Part shown: piece after piece, positions 51,658 through 62,764 of the stretch
How the letters are laid out: every line of letters begins with the position of its first letter
Position numbering within the stretch: the first letter of the stretch is position 1
Origin: Octopus sinensis
Taxonomy: Eukaryota
DNA: 64,000 bases
Direction of reading: 5' to 3'
NCBI RefSeq assembly: GCF_006345805.1
Contig: NC_043004.1
Coordinates: 91,016,001-91,080,000, forward strand
Notes under the pieces: generated by a model
Database searches by the model: none
The model's input: the letters and a program-made list of their open reading frames with translations, nothing else
What the model was told of the DNA's origin: nothing
Position numbers and translations under genes: made by a program

Positions 51658-51811
51658 CTTTATTTAAAGCAGCAGAAAATTCAACAAAACCTGTTACTCT
51701 GAGTTTCCCGTTGCCGTTCATCGGACAGTTTTTGCTAAAACTGTCCGATTAACGGCAACGGGAAACTCAGAGTAACAGGTTTTGTTGAATTTTCTGCTGC
51801 TTTAAATAAAG
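51658..51811. repeat. Near-perfect hairpin (75-bp arms, 4-nt loop) with a hammerhead-like motif in each arm, beside (TA)n
   Basis: 51658-51732 versus the reverse complement of 51737-51811: one mismatch. Confidence 0.95.
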
Positions 51812-52259
51812 TATATATATATACACCCCGCCCCGTATATATGTATGTGTGTGTGTGCGTGTGCACACATACGCACACACACAAATAATTTGTTTTTACA
51901 TCTACTCATATAGAAAAACAATTTAGCATTAAGCTGCTGGATACTCAAAATTTTTTGCTAGATTACATATTTATTAAGTTTTAAAAGGAAAAGGTTGATA
52001 GTCACTTTAAGGTTTTGACTAGTCTGCCTTCCTCAGTCAAATGAACAGGAGTAGTGGGGGAGCATCATAGCCATGTGTTGAGAGGAATTATTTGGTATTT
52101 GATTAGTTCACCTCTGGAAACATGGGTGTTTTGTTCATCACCTTGATATGAGGTTATTAAGTTGTGCAGATATGATTGTGGTGCATGTGCCTGGTGTACC
52201 CTTGTCAGGCATGTAGCCATGATGGATATATTGTCACTTTGATGGCAGTGTGCTGCTCT

Positions 52260-52287
52260 CACCACCACCACCACCACCACCACCACC

Positions 52288-52321
<34 letters not shown>

Positions 52322-52375
52322 ATAATAATAATAATAATAATAATAATGATAATAATAATAATGATAATAATAATG

Positions 52376-52427
<52 letters not shown>

Positions 52428-52440
52428 TGATGATAATAAT
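52260..52440. repeat. (CCA)n(CTA)n(TAA)n compound trinucleotide repeat
   Basis: Directly visible. Confidence 0.97.
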
Positions 52441-52517
52441 TCAAGATAGAGGTTGGACACGCAAAACGTGCTACAATGGTGATAAGATAAGGAAAGTTTG
52501 TCAGGATAGAAGGTATA

Positions 52518-52554
<37 letters not shown>

Positions 52555-53520
52555 GCCAAGTAGTGAAGGCAAATGAACCTGAATCTGAATATAAATACCT
52601 GGGAATACTTGAGGCAGATGGAATTAAGCATGATATAACAGAAAAGACAGAAAAAGAGTATCTACAGTGTGTAATAAAAATATTGGCTTCGAAGCTGAAT
52701 GCCAGAAACATAATTTTGGCAATAGACTTGTGTGCAGTAGCAGTAATTCAGTATAGCACTGGAGTTCTGAAGAGGATGGAGGGTGAGTTAAAAGTGTTGG
52801 ACGGGAAGACAAGAAAGGTCCTAACAATGCATGGAGCCCATCATCCCCACGCAGACAATGATTGCCTATATGTGAAGAGAGTAAATGGAAGAAGGAGACT
52901 GATAAGTGTGGAATACTTACTGAGATACCTATCCTGAGATACCTATCCTGAAATAAGGAGTCCTTGCTAGTGTCAGTTAAGAATGAGGGCATAATGAAAG
53001 TTGAAAAAAAGGGAAAGCAAAACAAGAAGTACAAAAAAGGACATGAAGAAGCATTACACAACAAAGGACAATTCCATATAGCCGCAATTGAAGTTACTGG
53101 GAAACATGGGTGGGATTGGCTGAAGAAAGGAGCACTGAAAAAAGAGACCAAGAGCACAATACTGGCAGTGCAAGACCAAGCTTTGGCCACAAACTGGAGG
53201 GTCAACCTTAGGAATGAGCCAGTGTCTCCAATGTGCCATATCTGTAATAGAGTGGATGAAACCATCGCTCATATCATGAACAAATGTCCTAGACTTGGTC
53301 AAACCCCATCACAAGGTTTTATGACATGATGAGGTAGCGAAAGTGCCACATTGGCAACTATGCAAAAAGTGGGATCTGGAGGGAAGCAAGACATGGTACA
53401 AACACAAACTGCAGAGTGACAAAATTGGAGATCTACAAAATCCTATAAGATTTCCCAATCCAAACAGATCAGGTGCTACAGCATAACAAACTGGACCTAG
53501 TGGTGGTTAGACAGGTAACT
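52555..53520 (+). mobile_element. R4/Dong/Rex6-like LINE fragment (thumb, CCHC and RLE region)
   Basis: YKYLGILEADGI, KLNARNII.AI, LDGKTRKVLTMHGAHHP, QDQALAT, C..C.RVDETIAHI..KC, H..VAKV.HW.LC, QTDQVLQHNKLDLVV. Stops and frameshifts. Confidence 0.82.
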
Positions 53521-53989
53521 CTGTGAATTCCAGGTAACTTAACCCTTTAGCATTGAAACTAACCATATCTGGCCCACATATTCTATCCATTTTATGTTCA
53601 AACTGACCAGATTCAGCCCCTTGCCCCTTATCTACAATCTATCTATTTCTCTATTTATATTGTATAGAGGGCATTAAATTCTGTTTTTAAATGACTCGCT
53701 TTGAGAATTGCATTCGGTACAATGTGTTTATATTTGGTAGTTATGACTTTAAGAGTCCCTCCTAGCGTGTGGCATTTATGTGTAATAATGCCCTCTATAC
53801 AATATATATTTAAATATTTTCAAAGAAAAAAATTTACAGTTTTTTTTCTCTTATGAGGTTTTTCACGCTAACTACTCGATAATTTCTTGTTAAGATTTCT
53901 TATGAAGATTTTATCCTATTTTTTAAATCTATTTCTCTATTTACATATATACAGCAGACATATATGAATATATAAGTAGAGTGCACATA

Positions 53990-54209
53990 TGAGGGGGTGG
54001 TACTGAAAAGTTCCTGGTTTTGGGTAGAAGAAAATACAAGAGGATTAGTTAATTATAATTGTATCCAACTTGTTCCCCTCTCAGATTCACACACTTATTG
54101 CAGCAGTCCTTTAGTTTTTCTAAGCTCTGTAAAAGAATCTGGAAGGTTGAGCCTCCAACTAGGCCATTTGCAATACCCTTTAAGCCAGGAACTGTTCAGC
54201 ATCCCTTCG
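53990..54209. mobile_element. Mariner-derived MITE (about 220 bp)
   Basis: TA|TGAGGGGGTGGTACTGAAAAGTTCCTGGTT ... AAGCCAGGAACTGTTCAGCATCCCTTCG|TA. No coding capacity. Confidence 0.82.
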
Positions 54210-54339
54210 TACATGCATATACATACATATATAGACACATACACAGATAGACTCTTATACAGAAATATATACACTTATATAAACATATATGTCCAACTCA
54301 TGTCAGTATGGAAAAAGGAACATTAAATGATGATATATA

Positions 54340-54757
54340 TCATCACCATCATCATCATCATCGTTTAACGTCTGTTTTCCGTGCTAGCATGGGTTGGACG
54401 GTTCGACCGGGGATCACCGCCTTTAGTCGAGCAAATCGACCCCGGAACTTATTCTTTGTAAGCCCAGTACTTATTCTATCAGTCTCTTTTGTCGAACTGC
54501 TAAGTGACGAGGACATAAACACACCAGCATCGGTTGTCAAGCAATGCTAGGGGGACAAACACAGACACACACATATGTATATATACATATATACGACAGG
54601 CTTCTTTCAGTTTCCGTCTACCAAATCCGCTCACAAGGCATTGGTCGGCCCGAGGCTATAGCAGAAGACACTTGCCCAAGATGCCACGCAGTGGGACTGA
54701 ACCCAGAACCATGTGGTTGATTAGCAAGCTACTTACCACACAGCCACTCCTGTGCCT
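54340..54757 (-). mobile_element. SINE family A (54412-54757) whose own tail is replaced by an RTE 3' tail (54340-54412)
   Basis: On the minus strand the SINE runs to ...GACTAAAGGCGGTGAT, then CCCCGGTCGAACCGTCCAACCCATGCTAGCACGG...TTAAAC(GAT)n. Confidence 0.85.
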
Positions 54758-54759
54758 AT

Positions 54760-54813
54760 AAAAAATATGGAACGCTTCACGAATTGGCATGTCATCCTTG
54801 CGCAGGGGCCATG
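54760..54813 (-). pseudogene. U6: 5'-truncated U6 snRNA retrocopy (about nt 55 to the 3' end)
   Basis: Minus strand CATGGCCCCTGCGCAAGGATGACATGCCAATTCGTGAAGCGTTCCATATTTTTT has 2 mismatches to the conserved metazoan U6 3' half as I recall it. Confidence 0.9.
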
Positions 54814-55869
54814 TATGTATGCATGCACATACACACACACATATACAAATATGTACACAAGCAGACATAGATACATATATACACATACCCTCACACAACT
54901 GTATACATAAATACTAAATGAAATTAGACCAGCATTCCTAAGAATTTACACCAAATCTAATTGTCAATGATCAGACAGTCTGACAGATGGCTTTTTTTAT
55001 ATTTGTTTTATTTACAGAGACAAAACAATAACATAAATAATAAATAAAGAGAAAAAAAGATTAAAATGGTGTCTTGTTTGCCAAGAAAAACCCAACAAAA
55101 TCAAGAAAACAAACATAAAAGAGGAAGAAAATGGAGAAGAAATATTAAGACAATAACAGTTTATGTAAATATTCTGCTGAATTTTTACAGCAGCACCATG
55201 GCCGTGTATTGTTTTATGTGGGTGGGGAGAGAGAGAGAGAGAGAGAGTTTTTGTGAGAATGAGTATGCGTGAGTGTGTCTGTGTGTGTGTGAGAATGAGA
55301 GAGAGCAAGAGAATGTGTGCGTGTGTGTGTGTTAATGAGTATGTGATAGAAGTGAGTACATGTGTATCAATGTGTATGTGTATGCCAGTTTATATGTGCG
55401 TGTGAATGAGTATGAATGTGTATGTATGTGTATGTCAGTCTGTATATATATATGTTAATGTGTATGTATGTATGTGAATATGTATGAGTGTGTCAATGTG
55501 TATGTGTGTGTGTGTTTAGTCTCTCTCCCTCTCTCTCTCTCTCTCTCTGTGCTCTTTCCAGTTTGATCGTTTATTTACCTTACTCCGTTAAGAAGTGAAA
55601 CCATTCAACAATAACAACCATTTCAGTCTAATCTTCTGTCAACTGTTTTGTTTCCAAATACAAAGGCAAAACAAAATTAAAGAAAAATTAAACTGAAAAA
55701 AAGTCATGGAAATATAAAAAGGAAAAATCACAAAGAACAAATGAAGGAGAACATTGGTCTGGTCAAGAACAATTGTTTTTTCCATTAGACAAGCCTGTAT
55801 TTACTCAAGGAGAACAAAGATGGCTAGCTGTGAGCAGACTTGAAGATGTTTTGTTAAATTACCAGGCTG

Positions 55870-56175
55870 CTCACTGCTTGGAGTTGGTGGAAAAGTATAG
55901 AAGATGAATCAGCCGTGGTGTGCAAGAGAGATGGCCACACTGGTATAAACATGTAATGCACACAGAAGATGAGGAGCAAGGGAAGACAGGCCAGAAGAAA
56001 GGGAAGTGGTAGAACAAGGAAGACATGGGTGGAAGGGATAAAGTGGAGAGCTATCTTGGGGGTGAGGTGGATGGACTTCACAAAGGAGATGGTACAGAAC
56101 ATAGAATCTGACCACTTGTTGTAGGATACTGTGTTGATAAAGACTCATCCGACCCGTGCAAATATGAAAAACAAA
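55870..56175 (+). mobile_element. Degenerate RTE C-terminal/3' fragment
   Basis: GVQERWPHWYKHVM and GSGRTRKTWVE resemble GVQERRLRWYG...GRPRKTW of the 29481 element. Confidence 0.55.
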
Positions 56176-56500
56176 ATTTGAGGATGATGGTCTTTGTAAT
56201 GGTGGTGGTGATGGCGGTGATGATGAAGGGCTGCATTTAGTTGTTCAGTCAAGTGAGATACCTACTCATTAAAATCAACAGGGAAGTGGCTGAGTATTTC
56301 ACAGACATAAATACCATCAATTTAATTTTTCATGCTGAATTAACATGAATCAAAAATGTGTAACTTGTTGTATAGTGAAACTCTACACTCCTCCCGGTAA
56401 AATGTGGTAGTAGCCAGCCATTATAAACAGACCAGTAGCCAGTCAACAGAAGAAGGTCAGAAGGTCAAGAGTATGTGTCGACTGTGTTGATAGTTGTGTC

Positions 56501-58309
56501 TGTGATGATATAGTTATTATACTGTGATACTGAGTGGATGTTATAATGTTCCAACCTCTTGAAGATAATAACACTGTACAACTGGGGGTCGTACAGTGCC
56601 AGATAGAACCATTCTATTGACAACTTTGTTAATATAACAATAGCTGTCAGAGTGACAACTGTCATCAAAAGACAGATGCAAAAGTGGTAAAAGGCCACTT
56701 TACAACAATGGCAACGAGGAAAAACAAATTTACACCGGGGGGGGGGGTAAAAGAAAAAAGCATTCACATGGAGAGTTTAAACTACTTCACATGAAAAATT
56801 AAATATCTCTACAAAAGAGAAACAAAAATCTTGTGTAAACTTACGAAAATTGTAAAATATGGAAGATTAGTTAGATTGGATAGTTGAGTTGCAAAAACAG
56901 CAACAATTCAAAGAACAACGAGAATAACAACAAGTATTGCAGCAGCAAATGTTACACTTAATGAAGTTGATAACCGATCTGGAGAACCGATGTGGCAAGT
57001 TCAATAAGTGAATTCAATTGACCCTGAGGAAGGAGTAACCTTCAAGGCTTTCTTTTGAAGATTTCAAGAAATCTTTGAAAAAATAAATGCCAGGATTGGA
57101 TGAACGATATGAAAACTTGTCTAGTGTTAAGAAAAGTAGTGACAGCAGAGCATGAGAAGAATAGTAACTTCATATTGCCAAAAAAAAAGTGTCCAGCATA
57201 AATTTCACTGACACAGTTGACATTTTGTGCAAAATGTTTAGTGAAAAGAGCTCACTGTTTAATACTAGATGGAAATGTTTAAACATAGAAAAGAGTGAAG
57301 ACCAAGACATCGCACAATCAACAAAGAATGTGAGAAAGTTAGGCTAGATATGCATACTTCAGATTCTTTCAAGTGTTTAATTTTTGCAAAAGGATTGACA
57401 GATAGAAAGGATGCAAAAATCCGAACAGATATTCTATCAAAACTAGAAATGAACCAGGATATGACAGTGCAGAAACTGTCAGAAGAGTGTGACAGGCCAT
57501 TAAAATTAAGGCATGACACGGAAGAAATGCAACAGAAAGATTGTTTCCACATGAGACCAATGCAAAAAAGTTGGAAGACAAATAAAGTGTTGCAGGAAAA
57601 ACAGAAAAAATATTGGGATGTAGACCCATGTATGCTAGCAAGTATGGGATTGGAGCCATGCTCTTACACAAAGATACCGATAGCAGGAGAAAGGCTATAG
57701 TTCGTTCACACTGGGGGAAAAGAGCTATAGCTAGAATGAAAAAGGGGTGTTGGCTATTATATCTGGTATGAAAAAATTTCACAGGTTCATCCACAGCCAA
57801 CGTTTTTGGTTGCAAACTGATCACAGACCTCTAATAATTATATATGGATCCAAGAAAGGAATCCCAACATGTGGCAAACAGAATGCAGCAGTGGGGTACC
57901 ATTCTATTAAACTACGATTGTAGAATGGAATATCTGTTGTCAAAATTTTGGGTCATGCCAATGGTCTGTCTAAGCTAATTCTGAGAAATAATGAACTGCT
58001 GGAGGACACTGTAATAGCAGTGCTAAGAGTGGAAGAAGAAACAAAAACAAGTGATGTGGAATATTGTGTGAACTACCAGTAACTTTGGAAGAGATGCAAG
58101 AAATGACAAATTTATTAATGAACCAAACAGAAAACTGTGGTTAACAAAAAGAAATAAAGAAAGATCTGATGCAAAGAACCACCAAGATGTGAATGTGTAC
58201 TCTATATGTGATGGTGTACTAATGTACGCTCAGAGGGTGGTCATACCACAGACATTACAACCATTGTAAAAAAACAGATACAAGAGTGGTAAAAAACTGC
58301 TTTACAACA
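56501..58309 (+). mobile_element. Deleted Gypsy (K02A2.6-like) LTR retrotransposon
   Basis: 5' LTR ends TTTACAACA (56707; start uncertain); PBS TGGCAACGAGGA (56709-56720). Decayed gag from 56869 (FKCLIFAKGL..RKDAKIRTDIL), RNase H (ASKYGIGAMLLH...TDHRPL), integrase start (RVVIP), then only the last ~50 bp of a 3' LTR. Confidence 0.85.
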
Positions 58310-58974
58310 GAAACACGGACAGCCCTTTGAACTACAAGTTCAGTCCATCTGGAATACTTCCACACACTTAGCTCTGCCCAAATTCATTCACAAGGCTTGA
58401 GACTTCATAGGGCCATGGTGAAAGATATTTGCCCAAGATGTTAGCGATATGAAACCACATGGTAATGCCTGTGTCCATATATATATAATTAGATATGTGA
58501 GTTAGGTACAATAAATTCAGGGTGAATACTTGATAAATATAAGCACCTGTATATGCCAGCTAGTAGCATAGGTGATAGGATATATGTATCAAATGAAATA
58601 AATGAAAAACAGGACACAAAAGGATGTTGCGGTACATATGTTTCGGGCTTTATAGAACGACTTATTCTTACATCAATGCATAATCAACATAACAGATAGT
58701 TCAAAAGCCTTCTTCAGCCGCGTGCAATTGCTACACCAAAGACTTGTATCACTTGTATAATTAGATATGGATAGCCATATAGGCATCCCTTATATGTGTC
58801 ACCCAAACAAACTTTTAATTCTGTTTAACTGGTTTCTGAAGGTGACTAACAATAAAAAGATATCTTTTAAACACACACACACACTCTCTCTCTCTCTTTC
58901 ACAGACCCTCTGTATTCAGGGCTTAGGTGTACTTTGCACTCAAACATCATCATACAATTTAATCTTCACTTGAA

Positions 58975-59165
58975 ATGCCAACAGTAGTTGTAGCACCCTG
59001 AATTTTTCCCCACCCCTTTCCTACCTTGGCAACTATGCTTTTAGAACACTCACCCCAGCAACTGATTAGATCTCCTATGAAACAAAAGCTACAGATATCT
59101 TCTAGAGAACCTTGTGAACAACTGAGAAAATCTATTCCCCACTCAGTCCTTGGATACATTCCTTA
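58975..59165 (-). mobile_element. Small RTE fragment
   Basis: SFCFIGDLISCWGECSKSIVAKVGKGWGKF, homologous to SFRYLGDQVSSGGGC...AWAKF. Confidence 0.62.
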
Positions 59166-59239
59166 CTTAATGCTTCTGTACACCTGAGACATACAAAGGT
59201 GGATTTTGTAGTTAGTCTACATTATATATACACATACAT

Positions 59240-61410
59240 GATGACCATCTACTCGTGACTGAGGAAGACCATTTCCGACCTTCAGGAACATTGTGCGCTC
59301 TAGGACTAATTTATATTTTGCATTTGCAGCTCCGTTGGTGGCTAATGAACCCTGCTCTTGACAAGCATATACGACTGCAAACATTGCAGACCAAGCTTTC
59401 CCCATTCACTATATGAGCCGTACACTTTCGCGCAGCTCACTTAAGTTCTTCATGCTGGATACGTACTCTCTCAAAAGTGTCGATCCCCTCCTTAACCTGC
59501 TTCCTCCATCTGTGGCGATGACAGGCATTGTTCTCCCAGTCAGTGTCCTGCATATCACAGGCCTTTAATGAGGACTTGACACAATCCTTAAATCGCAGCC
59601 TTGGTTTCTGCCAGAGTCTCCTTCCATTCACAAGTTCTCCATAGAGCATCTGCTTAGGAATCTTATCCTTCATTCTAATAAGGTGTCCAGTCCAACGTAA
59701 CTGGTGCTTGTGCACCATTGCCTCAATACTCAAGATATCAGCTGTCCTCAGGATGTGTGTCTGGAATTTTTGAGGTCCAGCCAACATTGAGAATGTGTCT
59801 GAGACATTTCTGATGAAAACGTTCAAGGACTCTTGACGTTTGTACAGAGTCCATGTCTCACATGAGTAGAGGAGTGATATCAGTACACAAGCACGGTACA
59901 CAGCAACTTTTGTATGCCTTGCGATGCCATGTTGGGACCAGACACGAGACTGAAGAGACCGGAAGGAATTAGTCGCTCTCTGCAACCTGAAAGATATTTC
60001 CTCATCCAGGGAGCAAGAACGGCTGAGTGTGCTGCCCAGGAAGACAAACTTGTCTACCACCTTCAGAATTGTTCCTTCAACCAAGATAGCTGGTTCCATA
60101 TATGGATTTCCTGTTGCAGGCTGGAACATTACAACAGTCTTGTCCAGGCTAATGCTGAGTCCAAATGCCCTGCAAGAAGCAGAAATGCAATTCATGAGTA
60201 TTTGCATGTCATCCACTGTATGAGTGACTAAGTCACAGTCATCTGCAGTAAGGTCACGATTAATAGACTGGGAAACCTTTGAATTGGCAGCAAATTGGCG
60301 AAGATTAAAGAGGCAGCCAGAAGATCTATATCTAACATATATTCCCAGAGAGCTAACCTTAGCAAAAGCATGAGTAAAAGCAGCGGCAAAGTACAAAGAA
60401 AAGAGAGTTGGGGCAAGGATGTCACCCTGCTTGACACCATTCTCTACAGGAATGGGTCCCGCCATGGCACCACCAACATTGACCCAAGCCTCCAATCCCA
60501 TCATGAAATGATTTAATTATAGATACTAAGTGATCTGGACATCCAAGTTTGCCAAGTATTTTCCATAGAAAGGCTCTATTTACAGTATCAAAGGCCTTTG
60601 TTAAATCAATGAATACCTGGACAAGATCCATATTCTGCTCATAGCACTTCTCCTGCATCTGTCTTGCTGTGAAAATCATATCCATTGTCCCTCTACCAGA
60701 TCGGAAGCCACATTGAGATTCAGATAGGACATCATTTACGAGACACCCATTCAGACGGGTAAGAAGAATATTTGCCAGAACCTTGCCAGCAGCTGATAGT
60801 AGAGCAATACTTCTGTAGTTACTACACATTGTTCTGGCTCCTTTTCCTTTATATAGAGGAAGAATAATTGCATTCTTCCAGTCCTTAGGGATTGCACCAT
60901 CCCTCCAGACTGCACTAATAAGTTCATGAAGGGAACCACCAAATCACAAGACCTCAGCACAAGATCCATCCTTTCTAGGTGCCCTACCAAGATTCATTTT
61001 ACTTAGTGATATCATTACTTCATCTATTGAGGGCGGGGAGTCTAAGGAGCCAATTATAGGTCTTTGTTGCATAGTATCAATCACTGTTTCATCCACAACT
61101 GACTCATGGTTTAGGAGTTCAGAGAAGTGTTCGATCCAGCGATCTGTGATTTCTGTTGATTTAGTAAACAGAGTGGAAGACTCCTTGGAAAGCAAAGGAG
61201 CTGATGTGGAGCTCTTAGGTCCATAAGCTCGCTTCATAAGATGGTAAAGCTTCTTGCTGTCATATGCATCAGCAGCAGCCTGAACATCACGAGCAAGATC
61301 CTCCCACCAAGTGTTCTGCATCTTCCTGAGAGATTGCTGCAGTAGTGATTTTACACTGTTATAGTGGGAAAGTGCTTGACTTTGCTGCACAGTAGACAGT
61401 TCTCTGTGTA
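59240..61410 (-). mobile_element. 5'-truncated RTE-1/BovB-like LINE (second RTE family)
   Basis: NYRSIALLSAAGK, QCGFRSGRGTMDMIF, FIDLTKAFDTVNR, GVKQGDILAPTLFSLY, ADD, KHQLRWTGH and a C-terminal CNVCSRICLSRAGFISHQRSC finger. Several frameshifts. Confidence 0.92.
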
Positions 61411-61454
61411 GTGTAGGTTATGTAAATCAAAAGAGCAAAGTGTTATTCATACAG

Positions 61455-62035
61455 TGAGTGAATGTAGCATGCTGGCACAGAAAGAATACAAGAAAAAACA
61501 TGACAACTTAGGGAGAATAATCCACTGGGAGTTATGTAGAAAGCTAGGATTCAACCATACTGATAGATAGTATGAACACAAACCTAGTAAAGTGCTAGAA
61601 TGTAAGAAATATAAGATGTGGAATTTTAACATTCAGACAGACAGAGTAATAGAAGCTAGAAGGACTGATAATTGATTTTATAGTCCCAAATGATGAGCAA
61701 GTTAATATGGGAGGCATAAAGAAAATAGTAAAGTACCAGGACCTAGCCACTGAGTTAGAGAAGCTATAGAAAGTGCAGATAAAATGTAGTTAAGAACAGA
61801 TGGATAGATGAAATAGGTATAAAACCTAGTTTAGTGCAGCTCCAGAAAATAGTGTTATTAGGGGCAGCTAAGATACTTAGGAAGGTTCTTGGCATCTAAG
61901 GTTACTTGCTGTAGCCCAATGTTAGGACATTTTTCTTTTCTAACAGTTTAATTTGTGGTGCATCATGGGTATATTGGGTTTCATATATTTGTATCCCAGT
62001 GTCATGTTGATGGCATGTGCTGTTCTCTCATTCAA
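61455..62035 (+). mobile_element. R4/Dong-like LINE 3' fragment (RLE domain and 3' end)
   Basis: EYKKKHDNLGRIIHWELCRK, YEHKP, NIQTDRVIEARR.D, KYQDLA.EL; ends in (TGA)n. Confidence 0.78.
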
Positions 62036-62377
62036 TAATGATGATGATGATGATGATGATGATGCATGTGGTTTATGAATACCTCTTATCACAAACAAAT
62101 CAGTTTACAAACAATTTTTTGAATATAAACTGTCATGAGTGATGAATAGTGTCTCAAGTAACAAATATGCAAATTAGCAACAACGATTGATGACAAGGTG
62201 GGCACATCAGCAGGAAGGCATCAGTTGCTGCTTAACTTTCACTCAGTGCATATCCCTACTCATATTCACAGTGCTTTCTCATAAATTTCCTGCAGGGGAA
62301 AATAGTTTCAGTTTATGAACATTTTGAGTGATGACTTTCAGGAACAAATTAAATTCATAAACTAAAGTTCCACTATA

Positions 62378-62764
62378 TCTTTATATATAAAAGTCAAGTT
62401 GTGTGTCTGTCTCCTACAATTTAGATTCCTAACTACTCCCACATTTTGCAGTGCAGTTTAACCAAAACCGGGTATCTTATAGTCGTGATTCATATCGAGC
62501 CCTTCTGGGTATTAGCGTGCGTCTACGATGAGTCTATGATTTAAAAAAAAATTTACCATCATTTTTTTCCATTTTAATGCATTTTTTTCGCTATTATATA
62601 AGGGAAGTAACTCTCTAAAAATGTCTACGATGAGTCAACGATTAAAAAATAATTTACCATCATTTTTTTCCCATTTTTAATGCATTTTTTTGCTATAACT
62701 CTCTAAAAATGCTTATATAATTATTTCCCTTACAAACCCGAGCAACGCCGGGCAATACTGCTAG
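62378..62764 (+). mobile_element. Non-autonomous Helitron with an internal ~90-100-bp tandem duplication (387 bp)
   Basis: A|TC...hairpin...CTAG|T; the GTCTACGATGAG...CTCTAAAAAT block is present twice (about 62521-62622 and 62623-62710). Confidence 0.85.

Noticed and set aside
52921-52948. 14-bp direct repeat TGAGATACCTATCC x2
   Set aside because: A local slippage duplication inside a dead LINE, not a TSD or regulatory site.
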